A model generated the notes under the pieces. It did not search any database. It worked only from the letters and a program-made list of their open reading frames with translations, and was not told the DNA's origin. A program made the position numbers and the translations under genes. From NCBI GenBank assembly GCA_964304625.1, contig OZ199838.1, forward strand, positions 3,018,147 through 3,082,146: a stretch of DNA of 64,000 bases, written 5' to 3'. This DNA is from Kudoa neothunni. Taxonomy: Eukaryota; Animalia; Cnidaria. Positions 54,807 through 64,000 of the stretch are shown piece by piece (within the stretch, counting starts at the first letter, position 1; each line of letters starts with the position of its first letter).

Positions 54807-56104
54807 TTAATTATACGGATTATACTCAGATTTTGGTGCAGCACAAGAATTGATGTTGGAATTATTAACTGGTTGAGTTTGAATTAGGGAAGAATTAGCA
54901 ACAACATTATTGCCGCCCGAGCTAGGAGTGACAGATGTGGCGCCGGATCCGCCCATATATCCAGTCATCATAAAATTATGACTCATCGAAGTGTTCTGAG
55001 AGGCCAAATTTGTGCCAATCGAACTTGAATCATAGTTCGAAGAGTTGTTGAACGTCGCGTGGCTATTTTGAGATGCTTGTGATGCGAATGAGGTGTTCTG
55101 TACTGACAATAACGTTCCTAATAATACACCCATTAACACACACCCAATTGAAATTAACGACTACCATTTTGCAACAATTTAGCATAATTGGTGAAATAGT
55201 AACGAATAGAGTTTACATCCAATTTCTAATTTTCGCGCTATTCAACATACATAAAATTAAGCGAAAACCTACTTGACAATAGAAATCAATGATATATTCA
55301 ACCATCGCATCAATTTTCTGATAGGAGCCGGCAATAATCAACACTTTTTCGTTACTCTCGGGAAGCACATCCGACTCAACCTATATCAAATTGGAGTTTA
55401 TTTCCGCGAATTATTTCTCTACTTTAAGAAACAGACCGAAATCCTATATAAAGACGTGAACAAAGCAAAATATAGAGATTTAACTGACCTTGCTCAATTT
55501 CTTTATTACCACCCCAGCTTTTCCGATAAAATAGCCACAAATATGTTCCGGCATAAGCACATTGATAACAAGATCGGATTTTATTGGTATGTGCGGAACG
55601 TGTGGAGGTGGCTAAAAGAAAATAATCAACTCACAAATGATACGAGTAAATTCTACCGCCAACGACAAATGTGGAACCAATTCACCAAACGCCCAAAGCA
55701 TATGATCTTTCACAGATTGAAATGTGACAGTGGCAGCCATCCCACTGTCTCCATCTACGTTAAGAGCACCATCCATTTGACTGCGAATTCTCTCTAACTC
55801 GAAACCGCCCTAGAATTATAATTGTTATCGTTGTTGAAATCAGAGAAAATCAAATTACAGCGCCAACAACAGCTCTAGCACTCTTGGAAAAACAATATCA
55901 CATCAAATAGTAAAAATTCAAAGCTAATACCATCTCTGAGACTAACAGTCTAAAACAAGTGGGAATCTGATAAGGAGTCATAGGTTGCTGTGGGGGAATT
56001 TTATTATTCGGTTGTTGGTATTTGCCAGAAATAATTGGTTTTTCCTTCATACAATCGTTAACATAGATTAGAACGACTCTCGAAATAGTACCTCTGCCCC
56101 TCAT
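54807..56104 (-). CDS. hnRNP K/PCBP-like RNA-binding protein with two KH domains
   Basis: Spliced KH1 reads FRLLVSEM|SARAVVGA|GGFELERIRSQMDGALNVDGDSG...LVPHL. KH2 reads INVLMPEHICGYFIGKAGVVIKKLSK|...|VESDVLPESNEKVLIIAG. An S/N-rich tail ends at 54807. Confidence 0.8.
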
Positions 56105-56328
56105 GCTAGTCTTCAGGAACGCTACGCGAACTCTGTCGACTTCACGCGACTACCCCTCCAACTAAAATCATCCGACTGAAAATTGTTACAATACACAAAT
56201 ATGCGATCGTTTTTCCGATATAAAATTGTTTTATACTTAAACTACAATCGAAAGGGCGCAAAAATTCACATTATTAAAAAAGCGTTCATTCTACAAATTG
56301 TAATATAATAAATATTCGTTGGCGTTGT

Positions 56329-57030
56329 TTAACGAGCATCTTTACTTAATTCTCGCCAAAACTCCTTAACCATTTCAGCTGATGGCTTCAATTTCGAGAC
56401 CATATCAGAATTGTCACTTGGAAACGATTCAAATCCATATTCTTTTAGAATGGATTCTATGTCAATACGAAGAATTGACTCTAATCCTTTAAGATTTTCC
56501 TCAACACTTTTAATTTCTGAGTTCAATTTCCCTATCTCCTCCTTAGTTGATTCATCCATTTCTGACATTGACTTTTTTGTGGAGGGGACGGGATGAACAG
56601 TGTTTTCCGTGTTTGGCGAATTGTAAGTGGCGTAATTTTTGGAGAGATTATTCTGAAATTGCTCATCTTCAGTGGCTATTCTACTCAGATTTTGAATCAT
56701 TGTCGAATATTGAGTGGTTCTTTCCAACAACATTTCGTCCATCGTTTTCATTTGCTGGTGAGATGAATTGATATTCTCGGTGATTGTACTCACTCGTTCG
56801 TCCAATGTTTCCAGATATTTGTTCGACTGGCGCACTTTATCCTCCAGTGACAGTTTAATTTTCGAAATGTGATCTTCTATCACAGATAACGATCCATACA
56901 TGTGTTGTTGAGCATTCTCTAGGTCTCTAAGGTTGTTGCTGTTGTTGTTGGGCGTGGTCATTAGATTTATGGCTGGCGGCGTAAATCTGTTTATTATCGC
57001 GCGTGCGTAAAGATGTCTTGCGACAATCAT
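56329..57030 (-). CDS. Single-exon coiled-coil protein (233 aa), unknown function
   Basis: Long ATG-started ORF in AT-rich DNA with heptad-like E/K/L-rich segments and a basic, acid-free N-terminus. Confidence 0.75.
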   Translation of the reverse strand: MIVARHLYARAIINRFTPPAINLMTTPNNNSNNLRDLENAQQHMYGSLSVIEDHISKIKLSLEDKVRQSNKYLETLDERVSTITENINSSHQQMKTMDEMLLERTTQYSTMIQNLSRIATEDEQFQNNLSKNYATYNSPNTENTVHPVPSTKKSMSEMDESTKEEIGKLNSEIKSVEENLKGLESILRIDIESILKEYGFESFPSDNSDMVSKLKPSAEMVKEFWRELSKDAR

Positions 57031-57881
57031 GATCTCATTATTACGTAAATGTTTGTGGATTTATTCAAAATAATCTGATCTCAATAACCGGATGTAAGTA
57101 AAATTGTAATTTTAAAATATTATGATTCAATCAAATAAATCATACGCTACTAAGCTAGGATTTCGCTGTGTTTAATCTTGTTACACAACCTGCGCGTATT
57201 ACTTATTACAAGTTGAAATGTTAAACTTTATTTAACCCTCAAATACGCGGAGATGGTCAGACTTGCCCAGATCGGGAGCCAACTTTAAGGTTGCACAAAT
57301 TTTCAAGAGCCACAGGGCATTATAATCATTTATGACCTTCCTTCTTTAAAAGTCACATTTTTGGTAAATTTTTAATAAAATGTCGTAGAATTATAAAGAA
57401 TGACTTTTTGACTTTTTCTTATTCGGTTAATCGTTGGAAAATTTACATATAATTTTTACAGATATCATTTATGATGGTTTTTCCAAAAAAATAAATTAGC
57501 AATTAATGATCCAAAAATTAGAATCTTTTCTAGACAATAGAGTTCTGGAAAATCGAGGTTTTTCTGTATGTGATTTCAAACTCAAATAACAACCAACTCA
57601 TGTAAATTTTATGTATATAGATGGAAGACTAAAATATGAGCTTAATTATTTTTTTTATATTTTTTGGGTTAAATTTAGTACTTTCACCGATGGCTTGGAA
57701 TATTTATCTAGTTATTCTGCTGTTAATATTAATCCTCTAACGATCTTGGAGTCTTTTGGATACCAAAGTAGTTTTGAATTGATTATAATATGTTACTTAT
57801 TCTTTCGAAACACTTGAAATTCATGTTATTTCCATTAAATTACAATATTTACAACGTATTAAACTTTGAAGGTAAAAATTA

Positions 57882-58582
57882 CACTCCAACGAACTTGGTG
57901 ACTTCTTGATCCCTAATTTTTATTTTACGATAGTTAATAAAAAAATATTTCAAAATGCCACATAAATTTTAAGAAAAGGATTATTCATTGGGAAACTTAA
58001 TCCTCCCTAAGTTAATTTGACAAGCTTGCTGAACGATAAAATCAAGCGTGATAAAGGTTTTATGTTTAGAATGCAAATTCTTAGGATTTTAATCAATTCT
58101 GGATGTTTAAATTAAATAGTATAATATTCGTTATGTTTCTACTAACCATTACTTGTTTACAATCAAAGGACCAGAATGTAACTAAACCACCCGATTCATA
58201 TTGTTCCTATCAAATCGAAATAATGGAATCAAACCTTAAGAAAGTATTCTACAAATGTTTTCTCGCCAAAATGATAAATTATAAACATTCGATTAATTAG
58301 TTGTGAGGATATTTTGGCCGATTTCATTTTTCGAGTAAGTATAATCAGAGTTCAAAATACAAATTTATTGGCGGCGATATTCAAAAATTTTTTGTTTTTC
58401 CAAGTTTATTTCTCTTTATAATATGAAAGATTGTAGTATTAACTGGCTTAATTAATCATATTTTGCTCAAAATTCTGTCGGTCGAAATTTCTTAATGTTC
58501 GTATGACATTCTGAAATATTTTTTTATTAACTATCGTAAAATAAAAATCTGGGATCAATAAGTCCCCAAGTTCGTTGGAGGA
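57882..58582. mobile_element. MITE / non-autonomous Tc1-mariner-type element with ~80-bp TIRs and TA TSD
   Basis: CTCCAACGAACTTGGTGACTTCTTGATCCCTAATTTTTATTTTACGATAGTTAATAAAAAAATATTT (57884 onward) is repeated inverted at ~58502-58580. TA lies at 57880-81 and 58583-84. Confidence 0.9.
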
Positions 58583-58695
58583 TAGTCGTTTTTGTGTATC
58601 TTAGATAGTTAATTAATTGTCAAAATGCAGAATGCGTTAAATACTTAAAATGATGATTTTTAGAAGCAAATGCACATTTCGTCATTATCGTAGAT

Positions 58696-60660
58696 TAACC
58701 CTCGTGGGACCAACTGGGATAATTTGTGACACCAATTTCGGTAGAATTACTTTTTTTTGCATAGTCAATTATATGAGAGGTCTCAAAAATTCTGAATTCC
58801 TAAATTATAGTCTAAAATTGATAATTATAAAGTTACGAAGAAAAGAGTGTATTTACTGATTTAAATATATTACTTTTAAGAAGCGATATGCTCGCTACTT
58901 CATTTAAATGTAGTGGTTACGAATTGATATCAAAATAATAAATATTATAAAGAAATCTAATGACATTTATTTTTGTTAAAAATTGTTAGAACATTATTAG
59001 AAGCGTAATAAATGCATTTTTTGGTTTTACGCCATTTTTGTATTGTTGGGATAAATAATAAAAAAAAGCTTTTGACTTGTTATCATCCATAATTGATTTT
59101 ATTTATAATATTTATTATTTTGCTTTGTGAAGATTGCTACACTTTAAAGTTAATTTTAATTAAAAAATAATTATTCAGCATTTGGGTTTTTAGTTACTTA
59201 ATGTATATAAATAAAAAGATAACTTCATCAAATAAATTAAAAGTTTTCATTTTTGAATATTGGAATACATATGGTTATAAATTTTTTATAATCATGAATA
59301 AACTAAAAACCACATTAAGAAATTCACTCGTTTAATTGAAACATCGTCCTAATTTTGAACAGAATAAATCAGAATGTTCGGTTTTCAAAATACGAAGTCA
59401 CAAGATTGAACATTTATGAACTTATTACTAACATATACAAATAAAATAAATCAGCGAACAATTAATGACTTCAAATTAGTTAAAATTATAGAGAAATAAT
59501 AATAACCTTTTTGATGTATTTATCAGCAGCATAGAGATTCCACGTGATTCCGAATGTGTTCGACTTAAGATTTATTTCCAGTTTATAGATTATTATTTTT
59601 GAGCTAAATTTAATAGAATAATGTCATTTTTTGCGATAAGAACAAAAATGAAAACATTTTTGAAAAAGAAATGAATTAACGGGACGAATTGTAAGAAACG
59701 ACTATATTTCCGATTTGTATGCGAAATCGCCCGAAGTTTGTACACATATATTGTAGTACTGTAGTTTAGCCGATATTTTGCAAGAAATAGAATAGTTTAT
59801 TCAGAAAAATAATGCACTGCTGAATGTTGATAAGAAAATTTCTCCTAATATAGATTACAAATATCTACTTTGAAGGAATCATACAATCTTGTTAATACAT
59901 TGATTTAATCTCCTCGAAATAGAGGATAACCCCTGTACCCTCGATTTTTTGAAGGTCTAAATACGGCTCATGCCAATAATTTTTCAAACAGTTTGCAGTA
60001 AACATGTTAAAAAATTTTCGCATTGCCTTAAAACTATCATTCGATACCTGGTTTTCGTGTTTGCCTGGTAGCTTTATCATCAAATCTTAAGACCTGGTAC
60101 ATATGCTTGAAACGATCTCTAGAGACCGATGAAGAATAATAAAATTGTTTGAATAGGGGTTCGGTATCCCATACACGTCTGTCTGAGCCTTAAGTGAGCA
60201 AAACCCCCATAAAGGCTTTTGGTTCATAAATTAAAACTTTTCCTTCAAACAAACTTTTGTATTGTTGACAGTATTGATTTGTACATTCGATTAACTCTGC
60301 AAGGATATCATTATAAATAAATAGTCCAAATGCATCAGCTATTGTTTCAAAGCTGTCCACATTATTTAAAAAATCTGTTGATGGTTGAGGAATCATATAA
60401 TGTTTATGTTTTCTTGTTCGTAGTCGAGGTGTTATATTCCACTCAAAACTAGATCGAGAAATTAGGACATCAGGATTCTCATTGATAGAAACAGAGTTTA
60501 TGTCACCTGGAAATTCTTCAATCTCACCTTCATTACTTATATTTTCAATAGATCATCAGATGAGCTGTTATCGGATGCAGAAAATTCATATTCTGAAACA
60601 TCATCGTCGCCGCTTGGTGAATCTTCAATAAGTTGATTTGTCTTCTCAGACATAATTTTT
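58696..60660 (-). mobile_element. Decayed piggyBac element (N-terminal half of transposase visible)
   Basis: Acidic start MSEKTNQLIEDSPSGDDDVSEYE (~60653), then AFGLFIYNDILAELIECTNQY (ORF 60190-60396) and DSFKAMRKFFNMFTANCLKNY (ORF 59892-60083). A TTAACCCT end lies at 58696. Confidence 0.8.
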
Positions 60661-60723
60661 TAGCACAATACTAATTTTTATTATACAAGAAAATTATTAT
60701 AATTTAAACAATAATTTACTTAA

Positions 60724-61793
60724 CCCTTTGAATTTCGAATTTAATTAATGAATGGAAAAAAATTTTTTTTTATTATTCTGCTAAATTTTAAATAATTTCA
60801 TATAAATATCCATAAATTTGATTAATCATTTGAAAAATTAAAAAGATACACACATGGTGCCAAATGGGAACATTGGGACGCGGCTTATTTCAATATGCGG
60901 GAGTGCCAATGGGCTTGTTTTTGTTATTTTGTTTTTAACCAAGAAATTACTCTTTCACCATCAAAAATGAAGTATTAAATTATTGATTACAATTTCGACA
61001 GTCCAAAAAGCAGTTTCTGTCTTTATTGAGGCGCAAATGAACGCTGCACATAATGCAAAAATGTTTAAATAATCTATCATTGAAGAATCGGTTGAAATAA
61101 ATGGAACGCTCAAATATAATATCATCAACCTGTTAAAATATATCATTGCTTATTTAATTTTTCGCGTTCATTGTCTAATGAAACGGTACTCATCTTACTA
61201 CCGATCACTAGAACTGTGTTCGAATACAATACCATCATATTGACTACACAAAGTGAAATCTGATTCTAGTGCAACGTCTGATTTGTGCCCACCTGGCAAT
61301 AATATGATTCGTTAAAAGTATGATCTATTTATTCCTCCACCAATCTAGTCAGAATCCATTCTAAACAATATACACACTTAAACCTTAAATCGAGGACCGA
61401 ACGTTGCTGTGTGACAACACTCACTATACCCAATAGCTCAATGTTGCCTAATGTCAACTTGGATTAACCAGTCCCTATAATATACATATCGAAAGATATT
61501 TTCTTCGTAGACTAATTTTATGAATAAACTTATTTAATACTATATGTGTATATTTTTTAATTTTACTGAAACCTCAAAATTACAAGTTCAAATGCAAAAT
61601 ACTTTTAGCCTATTTTATACTTGCTGTAGAGTTAAATATTCATCTGTATTGATCTTGATATAAAACATACAAATTAGTATAATTCATTTATATAAAATCA
61701 AATTAACATTAACTATATTATTATATTAAAAATAGGGTTAAAACACTTACAAAATTAAAATGTTGCTATTCGGCAACATTGGGGTTCAAAGGG
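60724..61793. mobile_element. Candidate non-autonomous piggyBac-type element with TTAA TSDs
   Basis: TTAA|CCCTTTGAA at 60720-60732 and TTCAAAGGG|TTAA at 61785-61797, with a subterminal palindrome ATGTTGCTATTCGGCAACAT. The TIR match is only 9 bp. Confidence 0.55.
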
Positions 61794-62185
61794 TTAAGTA
61801 GTATCAAACAGTAACAAAGTGTTTTCCATTGGCGGAGGATTAACACAACCTTATGGGATTAACTTTCGTAAATCTCCAAACAATCTTACTGCAGTAAGAT
61901 TTGAACATTTCTGATAATAATATAATTAATTTTAAACCATTAAAAATGATTAAATAAACAAAATATCAAAATTAGACAGCGACATTCGGACGTTAACATA
62001 AATTTTTGAAAAAGTGCCATGTTGAAACGCAAAAACTTTTATCTTAAAAACAAAAGTCGGTACCTTTTATTGTTAAAAATGAAGCCATAAACATCAAAGA
62101 GTTATTCAGAAAATTATGGAGAAAATAATTTAGTTTTCTATGAATTATGAGCAAAATGCGTCTTTTGGGGTAATTCAGTGGCCCA

Positions 62186-62232
62186 CCTCGGACCTCGGAC
62201 CTTGGAACTTGGACCTTGGACAGGCAGGGTTA
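62186..62232. repeat. 7-bp tandem repeat (CCT(C/T)GGA)x5 next to a GGGTTAA piggyBac-type end
   Basis: cctcggacctcggaccttggaacttggaccttggacaggcagggttaa. Confidence 0.7.
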
Positions 62233-63086
62233 ATAATCAAATATAAGCGATCATTGCGTTTAATATTAAATTAAAATAATTTGGTATATGTAAATTTTTG
62301 TGGAATTTGAGTTCACTAAACATATTAATCCATTTATCTTTATTTTGTTTGTCTTCTCTAAATATTGTTACAAAAGACCCTTTAGGAATTAGTAAGAAAT
62401 GCGATTTTTGAGACTATAATATATGTTTGAATTTACAAGTATGCAGGTAGTCTATATTCCTTTACAATGAAAGATTAAATAGTAAGGGTGTGATAATTTA
62501 ATGAAATCAATAGGTTGTTAGTTATTTACATGCATATTTAATTGCACACAAAAAAATAATAAAAATAAGAGTATAAACATATATTTGTCGATCACGAAAA
62601 AGGGATCCAATGTTCAGTGTAATATTAACTATTCATGGAGTAATAAACTGAAAAAAGTATTGAAACTATCACTTAATAATTCCCATTTATTGTCAACGAA
62701 AGTTATTTAAGGGGTTATATCACTAAAAAAATATAAACATTTTATACATAATCCATTAATAGCATAATCCAACGTCTAAATTATTGTTTATTGGCGTGCC
62801 AAATAGATCAGTTGTTTTTTCAATAAATTGATTAAATTAAAATAAATAAATAAACAAATATTGATATAGATAATTGACTGTACGTACAATCAACAAAAAC
62901 AAATAGAATATAGGGCATATTTAGTCGTGATGAGAGTTTAATGGGCAGATCCGATTAGTTGCCTTTTATCGACACCAAGCTTGCGATAGAAACAAAGAAT
63001 TAGTCACATTAAATTATAATAAAACCGGATTTGAAACTTCCCATATTTAATGAAGTTGAGACATCGAGATAATCTTATTACTTACG

Positions 63087-64000
63087 ATGGATCCAGATGA
63101 GTTGGAAAGGTTTCGAAGGAAGGATGGTCGACATCGAGGTTTAAATCAACAAGCATCGACGGATTCAGTTAAGGATGAACCTGAGGAAAGAAATGCTGAG
63201 ATGAGTGGTGAACATAGAACGTGCAATGCGAATAGACATAAGAAGAATTTTAATTCGGGGGATTGTACTTGCTCCGCTTTCGAGGAAATGTCTGAAATGA
63301 CTGTTCCAGGAGGAAGAATATTTGTAAATATTTACTCTAAAATACTTGCACATTAAAATAAATTAGGGTGGGCCTAAGGGAGTAATACATGATTTTGCCA
63401 AAGTGCACAAAAACAATCCAAAAGATTTCACTCATGTTTGTCATTCAAACACATAAATATTAATGACGATATAATTTGATACTGAACTGTGTTGTGTTGT
63501 AAATAGGTAACCAAAGAGATACTCGAAGTATTACATTTGGGTCCCACCGAAAGAGACGCTGAAGTGAACAAAATATTGGAGAGACGGAAAAAAGAGTTAC
63601 AAGAGATAAAATCCCAAATACATGATAAACCCTACTTTAAACCGTAACTCTAATCAACAACCCTATCGAGACATATATGGATCAATGATTTTATAGCAAA
63701 TTCGGAACTGCCTATTACATCACCTACCACGACTACGACCAAGAAGTGTTTTTTTGTCACACATCATGTCCTGTGACAGTTATTGTGCTGATTTACGACA
63801 AAGTAGTAGTTGATGTGATTTTTTGTAGGATTTTTATTAAGGCACTCTCCACAACCGAACCAATGGCAAACGCAATGGATAAACTAGCCAAAACTTATCA
63901 AAGGGTTAAATTTGTTTGTCTGGAGGCCGACAGTGAGTACGCCACAGAAAATTTTGTAATTATTAACCAAGCAACAAATAAAATCACTAATTTATATCCT
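63087..64000 (+). CDS. PDCL: Phosducin-like protein (PhLP1 subgroup), 3'-truncated by the window
   Basis: Exon 2 begins GGPKGVIHDF (phosducin TGPKGVINDW motif). A later exon reads AMDKLAKTYQRVKFVCL (thioredoxin-like LAxxYPxVKF). Confidence 0.8.

Noticed and set aside
55273-55797. 174-aa plus-strand ORF
   Set aside because: It is antisense to the KH-domain exons and has no recognisable motif; most likely a shadow ORF.

Overview
Very AT-rich eukaryotic genomic DNA, not prokaryotic. It holds intron-containing, highly divergent metazoan-type genes, mostly with 35-60 nt GT-AG introns, among many decayed DNA transposons. The low GC, tiny introns, fast-evolving proteins and an NPL4 with the animal-type C-terminal NZF finger suggest a reduced animal parasite such as a myxozoan (inference). 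Genes recognised by manual splicing: an ENPP-family ecto-protein that has lost most of its catalytic residues, TRMT11, NPLOC4/NPL4, a TRAPPC11-like gene, a two-KH hnRNP K-like gene and a phosducin-like gene (PDCL, cut off by the window end), plus several unknown low-complexity or coiled-coil ORFs. Mobile DNA: piggyBac remnants, a Merlin remnant, a full-length decayed pogo/Tigger with TIRs and TA TSD, hAT elements, two non-autonomous Helitrons, a long-TIR MITE and a GC-rich structured SINE-like island. The most interesting observations are the ENPP pseudoenzyme, three unrelated non-autonomous elements that each appear to carry gene-like cargo, and the structured SINE-like RNA. No CRISPR array, rRNA or tRNA could be supported. 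All family assignments come from recalled motifs, not database searches.
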